NCBI RefSeq assembly: GCF_009914755.1 | Contig: NC_060931.1 | Reading direction: 5' to 3' (one strand) | Source: the human T2T-CHM13v2.0 reference genome, Homo sapiens | Length of the DNA stretch: 64,000 bases | Shown: in pieces, positions 15,719 to 28,938 of the stretch | Numbering within the stretch: position 1 is the stretch's first letter | Layout: each line of letters starts with the position of its first letter | Position numbers and translations under genes: made by a program | Notes under the pieces: generated by a model | The model's input: the letters and a program-made list of their open reading frames with translations, nothing else | Databases searched by the model: none | What the model was told of the DNA's origin: nothing

Positions 15719-16025
15719 GTTTTTTTTTTTTTTTTTTTTCTGAGGTGGAGTCTCACTCCGTCGCCCAGCCTGGAGTGCAATGGCACAATCTCTGCTGACC
15801 ACAACCTCCGCCTCCCAGGTTCAAGCAATCCTCTTGCCTCAGCCTCCCGAGTAGCTGGGATTATAGGCATGTGCCACCATGCCCGGCTAATTTTTTTGTA
15901 TTTTTAGTAGAGATGGGGTGTCACCATGTCGGCCAGGCTGGTCTCGAACTCCTGACCTCAAGTGATCCGCCTGCCTCAGCCTCCCAAAGTGCTGGGATTA
16001 CAGGTGTGAGGCCACCGTGCCTGGC
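15719..16025 (-). mobile_element. AluS-type element
   Basis: Poly-T at 15720-15739 followed by a full antisense dimer. Confidence 0.95.
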
Positions 16026-17059
16026 TATACCTTGTCTTTTAAAAGTCCTTCGTAAGGCTTCTGTTGAGCTTCGTCTTAGCTCTGGATTTGCCCACATTCT
16101 GCAGATGTGGCTAGAGACAGCGTGGCTGGCCCTGAAACCTAGCAATGAAAGGTAGCTTGCTCTTTCTTCGTAATGCACTTTTCAATGCCACCAAAGGCAT
16201 GTAACCCACCACGACTGCTCTGCTCACCAAGATGCGTAATTCCAGTTCCCAACCAAGCATGGGAATCCTCTCATCTCCAGAGTTCTGTGAGAGACATCCA
16301 CTCGCTGTGAGGTGTTTTGTTCTGTGCCTGGTTGTACAGACTGCCACCATCCTAGAGTAAAATGAACATTTGGTGAGTGAAGAGGTATTTGGAACCTATG
16401 TTAGATTCTAAAAGACCAATGTCTGCTTGAATGACTGCCTTGAGGAAAGCACACTTGGGTGAGCACTGCCCTGGGTCTCTTAGGGCATAACCTTGGGATT
16501 CAGGGAGTTGCTATGCCATCACTTTTGGGTGTCATAGGAGTTTTGGCAGTGGGATAAAGATTAATTACTGGTATATAAGCCGTGCTATGTATTAATTTGT
16601 TTAAATGTTGGCTCTTAAAGGAAACTGCCACACACCCTCCCTATACCTATGCCCAGCTTCTACCACTGGGAATACTCCCATTATGTTCTCCCAATTCAAT
16701 CGAAAAACGTTTATTGAGGTCTTAATGTGTCCCAGGTGCTGTGCTAGTTGGGTCAGGAGCCAAGGCTACATTCTATTAGAGGAACTGCTAGTGATATAAA
16801 GGAAAGTTTGGCTTTTTTGATGGGTCCTAAACTCTTCTGGGATCGTGTGTACAGTAGAAACAGCATTGGTGGTGGCTACTCAGTTTAGCTGGGTATTCTT
16901 CATGCTCTGACCCCAACTTAATTTTCCAGTTTTCTTTCTCATTTGTCTCTCATGTCTTTTCTGCTCAGGAAAATGAAATAAGCCATCCTCCCTGAAACTG
17001 CTCTGTGGCTTCACCACCTTGCTGTGCTTGCCCATGCAGTTATTTCCTCTTGCAAGGTC

Positions 17060-17400
17060 TTCTTCCCTCATCTTTGACCGAATCTAATCCACGCATGAAA
17101 GCTCATGTCAGCTGCCACCTCCATGAAGCCTTCTCTGATCTCCCCTCACCTGATGCAATCTTGATCTTTCCTGAATTCCTGCAGTGCTTTTTCAGCACTG
17201 CTTATGGCACACCTCACCTCCTACCTTGTGTTTTGATATTTGCTGAAACTGCCTCCTGGGACTGTGAGCCATGTTATCACAGGGCTCTGCCTGTCTCCAC
17301 CTGTCATTCTCAGCACCATTGCCTTACACGTGGAAGGAGCTCTGTGAAGAATTACTGGAATGAGTGAATGAATGAACATGTAATAGTGAATGAATGTCCT
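17060..17400 (+). mobile_element. L2 3' fragment
   Basis: cacctccatgaagccttctctga...ending in gaatgagtgaatgaatgaa. Confidence 0.6.
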
Positions 17401-17522
17401 CACTGAACAAGATTACATCACTTGGTTTATCTGAGACAAGGAAGACTGAAGTGCTTTCTACCTCTGAAGTAAGATGTCTCTTAGACAGCTTTAGTATACA
17501 CTTCCTTTTAAAGAAATTTGCT

Positions 17523-17642
17523 GGCTGGGTGCAGTGGCTCATGCCTGTGAGCTCAGCATTTCGGGAGTCAAAGATGGGCAGATCACTTGAGGTCAGAAGT
17601 TCAAGACTAGCCTGGCCAACATGGTGAAACCTCGCCTCTACT

Positions 17643-17690
<48 letters not shown>

Positions 17691-17840
17691 CAGATGTGGT
17701 GGCACACATCTAATCCCACCTAATCAGGAGGCTGAGGCAGGAGAATTGCTTGAACCTGGAAGTGAGCTGCAGTGAGCCGAGATCGTGTCACTGCACTCCA
17801 GCCCGGGTGACAGAGCGAGACTCTGTCTCAAAGAAAGAAT
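17523..17840 (+). mobile_element. AluS-type element with (AC)22 in the central linker
   Basis: Left arm, then (AC)n at 17645-17688, then right arm. Confidence 0.93.
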
Positions 17841-17999
17841 GAAAAATTTGCCAATTCATGAAAGAGCTAGAATTATTGAGGATAAAAATACCTAATAACA
17901 TAGTTATTGGTTAATAGCCATGCTGTGTAGAGAATCTTGAATTGAAAGCAAGAAGAATTTTAATTAGAAATGCTTCTATTCATTCAACCGTTTTTGTGA

Positions 18000-18960
18000 G
18001 TTTTAATTTTTCTTTTTATCTATTTAATTTTCTAATTGATACATCATATTTGTACACACTTATGTGATAGATGTGTTATTTTGATACATGCATAGAATAT
18101 GTAGTGATCAAGTAGGGTTATTTAGGCTATTACCTTAAACATTTACCATTTCTTTGGAGAACATTTCAAATCTTCCAACTATTTTGAAATATACAATATA
18201 TTGTTGTTAACTATAGTTACCATACTGTGCTATTAAACAGTAGAACTTATTTTTTCTATCCAACTGTGTGATTGTGCCCATTACCAACCCCTCTTCATTC
18301 CCCGAACCCCACCCCCGACCCTTCCCAGCTTCTGGTAACCATCATTCTACTCTCTACCTTCATGAGATAAACATTTTAGGCATCACAAGTGAGTGAGAAC
18401 ACATGATATTTATCTCTCTGTGCCTGGCTTATTTCATTTAACTTAACGACCTTCAGTTCCATCCATGTTGCTGTAAATAACAGGATTTCTTTTTTAGGGC
18501 CCAGTAGTATTCCATTGTGTATATATACCACATTTTCTTTATGCACTTATTTATTGATAGAATATTTGATTGATTCCATATCTTGGCTATTGTGAATAGT
18601 GCTGCAATAAATGTGGAAGAGCAGGTATCCCTTTGATAAACTAGTTTTATTTCCTTTGGATAAATACTCAGTAGTGAGATTGCTGGATCCTATGGTAATT
18701 ATATATTTAGTTTTTTTGAGAAATCTCCATTCTGTCCTCCATAGTGGCTATGCTAGCTTACATTCCCACCAACAGTGTGTAAGAATTCTCTTTCTTCCAC
18801 ATCCTCACCAGCATTTATTATTATTATTATTATTTATAATAGCCATCCTAACTGAAGTAAGATGATATCTCATTGTGGTTTTGATTTGCGTTACCCTGAT
18901 GATTAGTGATGGTGAGCATTTTGAAAAAAAATGTATCTGTTGGACACTTGTATGTCTTCT
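18000..18960 (-). mobile_element. Old L1 (L1M-type) 3' fragment
   Basis: tccatccatgttgctg, gtagtattccattgtgtatatataccacattttc and gatatctcattgtggttttgatttg are L1 3' hallmarks. Confidence 0.9.
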
Positions 18961-19129
18961 CATTGGCATGCAGTAAGGTACCACTCAGACCACAGGCACT
19001 TATAATAAGGTGTGACAAATATTTTGTACCATAAATATAATAGACATAAGCTAAAGATTTCCTAATCCAGTAGTGTGTGTGTATGTGTGTGTGTCTGTGT
19101 GTGTATGATGGGGAGAGTGGTAGATATCA

Positions 19130-19270
19130 ATGGCAGGTCTTAGTTAACTAACCTAACACTCTAAGCCTCAGTCTTCTCATCTGTAAAATGGCAATAATAA
19201 TTACTTAGTTCACAGGATGATGTGGTGATAAATGAAACCTCATATATAAAGTACTGTAGCTTGTATTCAG
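19130..19270 (+). mobile_element. MIR
   Basis: gcctcagtcttctcatctgtaaaatggcaataata. Confidence 0.75.
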
Positions 19271-20672
19271 GGGTTCTCGATAATTCTAATTCTCTTTCCC
19301 TTCACTGGATGTATATCCAAGAATCAGAGACTGCTGAGATTTCAGCGCCAGATCTGGGATGGGAAATTAGGCAAATACTCTACACTCATAATGTTCCCTG
19401 GATTTTAGGTGGTGGTTGTGACTCAGAAATCCCTTTCATCACTGCAGTGAGCCCAGAGACTAAAACCTTCCAAAAGCCTTAGTCAAAACTCAGAGGTGGG
19501 TTAGTGTCTATGATCCATACTGAGCAGGAAATAATCTTTCTGTTGTTACAGGTGATTATTATATAAATCAAAAGTCCAAGGGCTTCCCCAAAGTTTTGCT
19601 TTACAACCTAGGCAATGCAGTATGCCCAGTATTTATTTTTAGGAAGGTTTGGCAGATGTTAGGTAGGCTGACTTCCAGGTCAGAAAAAATGTTCAGAGCA
19701 ATATAATAGAAGTCCCCGTGGGACAAATTGAAGTGAAACGTTATCATCTTTGGAACACATTCACCTATTCATCAGTTACTTAGCCTCTAAACTGTGGATC
19801 CTGCTTATACCATCTTACTTTGCCTTCTTTGGTGGCATTTAAGTAACTTCCTGGAAAGACGTGCTTCTTGCTGTGTCTGGCTGTTTAGGGTTACCAGAGT
19901 TTTGGTTACTACAGAACATTGTTGGGAAAGAAAAATAAATCCTTGCTTTGGGAAGATTTACCATCAAAGCAGAGTCCATGGTTTAGGCAAACTCGAACTG
20001 CCTGGAAAAAGCAGGCTGTGCAGCCACATGGACTGGCCACGCTGAGAAGCCGAAAGGCCGACTGTGCACAAAAGAGGTGCTGCCTGCCTGGTGATCCTGT
20101 CCTCCTGGGATAGGGGTCTGTGCACAGGCCCCAAACAGCTTGGAGCACAGGCACTGAATGGTATAATCATTCATTCCTGTTTTCTTTCTTTGTCAGAAAT
20201 GTCACAGACCCAGGGAGGTCCTCTATCCTGTACTCATGGTATCTAATTCATCCATCTTTTATTAATCCTGTGACAGCAGGTGCTGGACACCTGGACACAT
20301 ACTCTACACCCCTTATGAAGAGTGAAATATTAAACCAAGGGTGGGTGGCAGAACCTTGACTTTTCCATTGTGTATCTGAGGAGGACAACTCATCAGGGAA
20401 TTGGAGCTGAGACATGACATACACCCTTTAGTGAAAACCTGGTTAGTTGCAGTGAGCCATGCCTTAGCAGGCTTTTCCAACATCCAAGAAGTAGTTTGGG
20501 TCTATCATAACCACCATGACTATCACTCCTTCCTAAGCAAAAGCTGAAAGACCAACTCTTTGCCCAGTAAGAACCCATCCTGCTTTTCTTGTTGTTACTG
20601 AAGCTGAATATTCAAAGATCAGTGCCATACAACTGCTTTTATCTCAGTGCTTACCAAATGCCTTCTTTGGAA

Positions 20673-20848
20673 CAGTACTCCTGAGAAACTTGCTGCATTG
20701 GAATTACCAATGTGACCTGGGACTGTGCTACAAATACAAATTCTGAAGCCCTATTCTGGACCAATTCACTCTGTCCAGCCTGTGGCAAGTTCCCAGATGA
20801 TGCTGATGCTGCTGGTCTGGGACCACACTTTGAAGACCACTGGTCTAA
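20673..20848. mobile_element. MER5A-like hAT-Charlie MITE
   Basis: gatgctgctggtctgggaccacactttgaagaccactg matches the MER5A terminus. Confidence 0.7.
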
Positions 20849-20859
20849 AACTTCTCTTG

Positions 20860-21150
20860 ACAGCCAGGTGCAGTGGTTCTTGCCTGTAATCCCAGTGCTG
20901 TGAGAGGCTCATGTAGGAGGATCACTTGAGGACAGGTGTTCAAGACCAACCTGGGCAATATGGTGAGACATCATCACTACAAAAAAGTTTTTAAAAAATT
21001 AGCCAGGCATGGTGGTGCATGCCTGTATTCCTAGCCATTCAGGAGGCTGAGACAGGAGGGTCTCAGCCCAGGAGTTTGAGGTTGCAGTAAGCTTTGATTG
21101 CATCATTGTACTCCAGCCTGCGTGACAGAGAGAGATCCTGTCTCAAAAAA
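20860..21150 (+). mobile_element. AluJ-type element
   Basis: Diverged full dimer with a short A tail. Confidence 0.9.
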
Positions 21151-21727
21151 ATTCTCTTGTGAAATATACTTATTGTTTGTTTCATATTATTCCTTTCTTG
21201 AAGCCAGGATCTTGTGGAACCTACTTTGCACCACTGTAATGGAAAGAGCTTGAGCTATCCATACCTACTGGCTACGTGGCCTTACCAAGTCATTTAACTT
21301 TTTCTGAGCCGCCATGTTTATCTACCTTGCAAAGTTATAGTGAGGTTTGGGCACAATTACATGTGCGGGTCCAGCAAATTGCCTTGCACATAGAATATAC
21401 TTACTAAATGGAAAGCATGTTTTGTTTAGTTCAGGCCAGAGCTATGCTGACATTTGCTGCACCCACACTTTCTTGGGATGTACTGACACTTCAAGACACT
21501 TTGAATGTACAGTCCAAAGATTTCTTGAAACTTGGGGCCCATCGCTTCTACCTGTGTGCAAGTGAGCAGATCTTCCTGACATAGGCTATCACTGAGTCGG
21601 CATTAATTGCTCTGTAATTGTCAAGGGGAATATTTCATGATGAAAGGATAGTGTTTGAAGATGCTGTGACATCCTGAATGCTTAATATTTCAATTCTCAA
21701 TTATGTGAAAGCAGTTTGTAAACTTCA

Positions 21728-22064
<337 letters not shown>

Positions 22065-23229
22065 TTATAATTGTTATTACCTTAACCAATGTTTTAGGTT
22101 AAAAAAAAAAGAAGGCTTGCCAATGCAGAATAGGTGTGTTTCTCACTTTTAAAGAAGAATATGATATTTATTTCCCTTCTTTGGCCATACTCTGAACATT
22201 ATCTCAGAATCTCTCTGGTGGCTTCCACAACTTCCGGGATATCCTAACCTTGTTGCTTTAAGGCTGGACCTTGGAGAGGTCATGAGAGGGTAGAACATCA
22301 ATTGACTTTGCAATGATTCCTCATAACCAAGGAGACACACCAGTCCTTCTGAGGCAACAAACTTGGAGGTGGAAGAATGTGATTCATGAGGAAAAGCAAC
22401 AGCAACAGATTCCTGATTCTTCTGTGGGAGCAACTCTAAAGCTATGACCTGGAGCACAACTGGTGTCTGTTGCTTATTCCTGTGGCCTGCTGGGCTACAT
22501 CTGGAGGTTCTGGAGACCAGCTGACCCCTGGAGGGATCTGGGCTCCAGTTTTTCCACCCAAGAATGCACGAGAGTGGTCACTGACTATGGAGCTCTGCTA
22601 ATTGACCACTCAGGCAATAGCCAAAGCCCCGAAGGAGGTGCCAAGGTGGGAAGCACTTCCCTGTGCTCCCTGCAGAGGACCCTGTTGGCAGGCAGAAAAG
22701 GATGGGCCAGGAAAGTAGGGAAGGAGTGAGACGAGAGAAAGAAAATCACAGATGTCCCAAGTTTCCACAATTTTATCAAAAATTTTTCCATGACTCATCT
22801 TGTGACTTCTCCCCAAATTTAACATGATAAAACCACTGGCCTAAATATAATTAAACTGCAATTACTCAAGAGTAAGAGGGTGGTACCTTTTAATCAACCC
22901 CTTCATTCCCTCAAACACAGAATCCAAGGTGGGAAAATAAAGAACAAAAACTGTCTGTCTCTCTTCTTCCCAACCTGATTTCCTTGCTCTATGGCCCTCT
23001 GAGAGGGAGAGCAAGTCAGAAGGATTTCCAGAATAATTTCTTCCCACCCAAATGTGGGGAAATCAAGTGAAAGCTGCACAGAGACAGCTGGAAGACTGTC
23101 ATGTTTTGCTTGTTTGTTTCCTCAACCCAACTTCAAGACATGCTCAGCTCCAACACACTTTGCTTTACCTTTCTATACGTTAATCTGCCAGGAAAGTTTC
23201 TTCTACGGTGAGGCTATTTGGGACACCTG

Positions 23230-23430
23230 ATAATCACACCAGCTATTGTTTACTGAGCACCTACTATTTGCCAGATATCTTGCAAAATTATCTCTTATCA
23301 TCACAGCTCCATGAGGCAGGTTTTATCACTTATAATTTTCCTGATAAGAAATGAACTCAGAGATTAAGCTATTTGTCCTTAGTCATCCAATGGCAGAGCT
23401 GGGATTTAAACTCAAGACTGCCCAATTCTA
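23230..23430 (-). mobile_element. MIR
   Basis: ttactgagcacctactatttgccag...ggcagagctgggatttaaactca. Confidence 0.75.
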
Positions 23431-24529
23431 AAAGTCCCCTCTGACTTTGGAAGGAGCAGTGGTGAATAGAACAGGAGCAAAAGCAATTCAGAGTCGCTTT
23501 TGTGATTGCTTTTGAATTGGTACACACTGTCACAGGCTCCGGATCCAGGCTTCTGATCCAACCCACATTGGTTTTCCTCGCCCGTCAGATAAGAGGAGCC
23601 ATGCTTGACCTGGAAGGTGTTGAAAGACATGCTGCTGTGTGCAGCTTATCAAAGGGAACAAGGTTCACCATCACTGAGACCTAGGAAGGGGCCGTGGTCC
23701 AGCTGGACCCTAGTCGAGCTGCTCAGGGGCAGCTTGGGCTGTCGTCCAGGGTGCACGAAGCCATAGCCAATGTCAAGGGCTCCTAATGTCCAGGCAGGAA
23801 ACTGTGACTGAAAAGCTGAAAAAACATATGATCCCATAAAAAGCTGCCTTTGGGGAAACAAGCCATTAGTCAGCCTTATTTATTTTTCCTTCTTGCTGCA
23901 AAGTTCAATACAGATGAAGGAGCTGCGATTATCATATAAAAGGCTATGCAAAATGGCCCTCCCTCTACGCTGCTGAAGAAAACTTTACCCTGGCTTTTCG
24001 CCATAGTTAGCTTTGTTTGTGTTCTTCAGATTCCGAGTCCTTTGACCACAGTTGTGATGGCCCAAGTAGAAGCGCAAGTGTGTCTCAAAATAAACAAGCA
24101 GCGCTGGAACTCTCTAGAGTCCCCACTCATCTCCACCCGCAGTCCTGCCTTTTATCCTGGCTGATGATGGAGGCCAGAGGAAAGGGATAGTGGTGGCCTT
24201 ATTAAGACAAGATCTTCTGCGGGAAAAATATGCTTAATGAGCTTAGGAAAAACCTTGTGGTCGTGGAATGTAATAAAATTTCCATTTTCTTGGGTGAGAT
24301 CAGGAAACCTTGACTGTCTATTCTGAGTTTTTGCCAGTTTTACTGGGGAATGTGCTTTTTGAAGGTCAAATGTTGTTTTTTTTTCCCAGTGGGTGGCAGG
24401 GAAGAGGCACAATATAATGTTTTGGGGAAAGCCCCATGGTCAATCCATGGGTGCAAAGTAACCAGGCCTGCTTGTCTTATATAGTCTCTTGGTCTCTAGG
24501 TTTTTTTTTCTTTTCATCTCTTAATTCCC

Positions 24530-24985
24530 CATGGCTTCGGTAATAAAGTACCCTAGACTGGGTGGCTTAGAACAACAGAAATGTGTTGCCTCACAGCTCT
24601 GGATGCTTGAAGTCCGAGATCAAGGTGTTGGCAAGGCTGATTTCTTCTGAGAGCTTTGAAGGAGGCACTGCTCCAAGCCTCCCTCCTGGCTTCGAGTGTT
24701 TTGCTGGCCATCTCTGGTGTTACTTGTAGATGCATCACTCCAGTCTCCACCTTCATGTTCATATGGTGTTCATCCTGTGTGTCTCTGTGTCCACATTTCC
24801 CCTTTTCATAAGGACACCACTCATGATAGATTGGGAGCCTACCCTCCTCCGGAATGACCTCATCTTAACTAATTACATCTGTGATGACCCTGTTGCCAAA
24901 CAAGGTCACATTCTGAGGTCCTGGGGATTAGAACATCAATATATGAATTTGAAAAGGAGGGATACAATGCAACACGTAACACCAT
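24530..24985 (-). mobile_element. MLT1 (MaLR) solo LTR
   Basis: agactgggtggcttagaacaacagaaat...gacctcatcttaactaattacatctg...aggtcacattctgagg. Confidence 0.85.
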
Positions 24986-25078
24986 CTCATAGACTCATTA
25001 AACTTTTACTTTACATAGGAATTCTGAAACCAGGCCAACAGAGAGGGGTATGGAGACCCTAACTAAAAACTGAGGCTA

Positions 25079-25400
<322 letters not shown>

Positions 25401-25479
25401 TTATTACTTCAACGCAAGACACCAACATTTGTGAAACAGGGTTCTGTAGGGGTTGGGGAAGCCAGAGCCATACTATGAG

Positions 25480-25760
25480 GACACTCAAGCAGCCCTGTGG
25501 AGAGGTCCACGTGGCCAGGAGCTGAAGCCCCCTGCCAAACAGCTATAGGAGAGACTCATCTTGGAAGCAGATCCTCCAGTCCCGGTCAAACCTTCAGATG
25601 AATATAGCCCTGGCTGATATCTTGACTGCAACCTCATAAGAGTGCCTGAGCCAGGACCATCCAGCTAAGCTGCTGCTGAATTCCTGACATAGAGAAACCG
25701 TGAGATAATAAATGTTGTTTTAAGCCACGAAATTTTGTGGTAATTTGTTATGCAGCAGCT
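25480..25760 (+). mobile_element. MLT1 (F/E-like) LTR, 3' part
   Basis: ccagctaagctgc...gtgagataataaatgttgttttaagccac...gtaatttgttatgcagca. Confidence 0.8.
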
Positions 25761-26059
25761 GCATTGCAAAATTGTTATCCAGAGATCTAATACAGCTCCT
25801 GGCACCCCAACCCTGGAAAAGCAAATCTGCCTCTACTTTGTGAACAGTGTCATCGTGACAACTTCAGAGGGAAAGAGTCCCAGACCAACAGTGCCTCGGG
25901 TCTCGTGGATCGGAAGGTTTTCTTTGTTTGTTTGTTTGTTTTTGTTTTTTAAGGAAATGGAGAAAAAGGAACTAACAAAGTAATTGAAAATTGGTATATT
26001 TTATTTACTACAACTACAAACACATTAGGCTAAAGCAAGAACTTTGTTCATTTGATCAG

Positions 26060-26270
26060 CAGGATAACATAGTGGTAAGAGCACAGAATTCCAAGCCAAA
26101 AGATCTATGTTTGTATCCCAGCTTTTGCCAGCTATGTAATCATAGGAAGTTACTATACCTCTCACCCTAAGTGTTCTCATCTGTCAAATGGGATAACAGT
26201 AATAGCACCAACCCCTTAGACAAGAGTTACTGTGGGGAATAACTTAGAACTGTGTTTAGCACATAATAAG
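26060..26270 (+). mobile_element. MIR
   Basis: atagtggtaagagcacag...ttctcatctgtcaaatgggataacagtaatag. Confidence 0.75.
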
Positions 26271-26360
26271 ATGTGAGAACACAGGAGTGGGAAGATCCAC
26301 TTATGACATAAAATGTCCCACAGTTAGAGACATAGGATGCTTGTTGAAAGAGCCAGGCTT

Positions 26361-26547
26361 GGATCATGAGGTCAGGAGTTCAAGACCAGCCTGACCATGA
26401 TGGTGAAACCCTGTCTCTACTGAAAATACAAAAATTAGCCGGGTGTGGTGGTGCACACTGGAAGGCGGAGGTAGCAGTGAGCCGATATCGTACCATTGCA
26501 CTCCAGCCTGGGCAACAGAGCAAGACTCCATCTCAAAAAGAAAAAAA
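26361..26547 (+). mobile_element. 5'-truncated AluS with an internal right-arm deletion
   Basis: Starts at ggatcatgaggtcagg and lacks the ctgtaatcccagctac...gcttgaaccc segment. TSD GAAAGAGCCAG(G/C)CTT at 26346-26360 and 26548-26562. Confidence 0.9.
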
Positions 26548-27940
26548 GAAAGAGCCAGCCTTTAAGGAAACGGGAAGTCAAAGCTTGTGTAATGAAGCAA
26601 GACCAGACTTTTTAAATCTACCTCCCTTAACCTTTATAAACATGTGGACATCATAAACTTTAGGGAAAAAAAGTAATTGTCCCCAGTGACAGAAGGGATG
26701 GCGAGACCGCATAACTTGTTCCGGGCCATAAGACACATGGACACTCTGGTGACCATACCTGTCCCCGCACAGTTGCTGTCCTTTCCTGTCGTGCGTACCT
26801 GCACTTTGCATGGAGACACTGACTTCAGTCATACTGTCAGTAAGTCATTTCAGAAAGCACCACAGGATTTCCGGAAGGACATAGCATTTTAAAATTCTAC
26901 TGGGTAAGAACTAAGTTCCCCACTTATAATTTCTAAAAGGCTAAGGGTTATTTTTACGGGTTTTTGAGCTCTCCATTTTACATCATGTCCTCTGAGAAGT
27001 TTTCAATGAGCTCAGTCCTGTATTGGGCAGAGGCTGCCTCCTCTTCTGTTTTAAAGGAGCTTGAAATTCTTTTACTTCTTGATACAGCAACCAAACCTGA
27101 ATATATTGTGAGGTTCCCATCCCAAGTCAGAGCTCTTGAGGGGAATCATCCTTGTCCTCCTCTTCTTCCTCCTCTTCTCCTAAATGGTGCTACATAGGCT
27201 GGCTTAACATCTTTTTTTTGAAATAAAAACCAAGCGTAAACATGAGTCAGAATGACAGGGCATATGCAGGACTCCAGCATTTACTTTTGACGTGAGTTGA
27301 TTTTCAGTTATGTTCTGAGAACCTAGATCCTGTCATCCCAACCCTGGAAAAGCAAATCTGTATCTATTTTGTGAACACTATGATCCTGACAACACTGGGG
27401 GGAAGAGTCTCAGACCCACAGGGCCTCAGGCCTCAGGAATAGGAATTTCCAGAAGAAAAAAATAAGGACGCTTTGATCCACTTGCCCTTCGTATTATTGT
27501 CTCCCTGTGCAATTTGCTGGAGAATTTCCCACTGGCTCTTGGCTCATTTTCAAATTGGAGTGCAGTCTTTCAGAGATTACTCTGTGTGCTGAAAAACAAG
27601 GAAGTCTTTATTGAGTAGGATGAGGAGGCCCTGCCTTCTAGGAAGGGCAATAGATGCTCTGGCCTCTGTGTCTCAGCCCACCCTGCGTCCTCCCCCGCGA
27701 GCCCTCTCCAGCTCAGCCCCTCCCTCTCCCAGTGGAGGAGAAGGGCTGGGTGGACCCCTTGCCTTAGGCTGAAGGGAAAACATCTTGTAAGCTATGTAGC
27801 AATTGAGGCAATCCCTCCTGTAATCGTGGGGCCTCTCAGAGTTATTACTGAGCAAGATGACAATTCCAGCCAGCATCCCAGTGTAACAGGGCACTTCTTC
27901 TGCAGCCACTTTTCTCCAAACATGAGAATTTTCAAACAGG

Positions 27941-28938
27941 AGTCTCAGATAATATTTCCTTCTCTTCATCTCGACTTCCTCTTTTATTCACCTTACTTTC
28001 CTTCACTTATGCTTGTTTAAAAACCCTGGATTTTCAGACACCATCTGCATCATCATCTTAACAAATATTTATGTAGTGCTTATAGAAATTAATTTTTGTA
28101 ATCCTCACAATAACCCTATGAGGTACACACTATTATGTCCCCATTTTGGAGACCAGAAAACAGGCCCAGAGGGATAAAGTGACTTTCTCAGGGTAACAGG
28201 CCTTCTAAGTGAGAAAGCCCAGGTTTGAACCTAATAGTTTGACTCTGGAGTCTGAGTTCTCAAGGCCCTGATGTCCCGTATCACCTCCCAGTTATTTATT
28301 TATATTTAGAAATGTACTCATCCTTGGCCATGTGTTTCTTACCTGAGGGCTTGCGGACTGCAGCTCGCATCTCTGGTTCCTGCTGGTCCTGGTGAATTAG
28401 GCAATGGGATATTGTGGCCCCTTTGCTGTCCCATGGTCACCCCATCTACACCGGCTCTTTAAGGCCCAGTGTGGTCACACGAAGGCAGCCTTACAAGGAA
28501 GGCTAGGTTGGGCCCAATTTGGTAACAGACTCAAGTCTTTTTGCAGGAACATTCATACTTGTGGATTACATAGTAGAGGTTTTTCCTCTACTGGCTGCAA
28601 ATAGTCCTCTGTGGTTAAACCAATTTCTTTAGGAAAAGTGAAAGGAGGGAGGGAGGGAGGGAAGGAAAGAAGGAGGGAAGGATGGAAGGGAGGAAAGGTG
28701 GAAGGGAGGAAGGGAGGAGGAGGGAAGGAAAGAAGGAAGAAGAGAGGGAGGCAGGGAAGGAAGGAGAGAAGGAAGGAAAAAATGGGAGTAGAAGTCTCAT
28801 AATATTTCCTTCTCTTCATCTCGACTTCCTCTTTCATTTACCTTACTTTCCTTCACTTATGCTTGTTTAAAAACCCTGGATTTTCAGACACTATATCATC
28901 TTAACAAATATTTATGTAGTGGTTATACAAATTAATTT
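27941..28938. repeat. Near-identical ~150-bp direct duplication (27941-28095 and 28793-28938)
   Basis: 27949-28041 vs 28799-28891 has 2 mismatches in 93 bp, then a net 7-bp indel, then about 45 bp more of close match. Confidence 0.95.
28060..28260 (-). mobile_element. MIR
   Basis: taatcctcacaataaccctatgagg...ccccatttt...ggtttgaacc. Confidence 0.75.

Larger units (their letters stand above)
25797..27445. repeat. Diverged ~120-bp direct repeat pair (25797-25915 and 27328-27445)
   Basis: Shared core cccaaccctggaaaagcaaatctg. About 80% identity with one indel by manual alignment. Confidence 0.85.

Noticed and set aside
27197-27295. GGCTGGCTT start resembling vault or Y RNA, or a retrocopy with a T8 tail
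   Set aside because: Similarity ends after about 9 nt. No Pol III B box, terminal stem or TSD was found.
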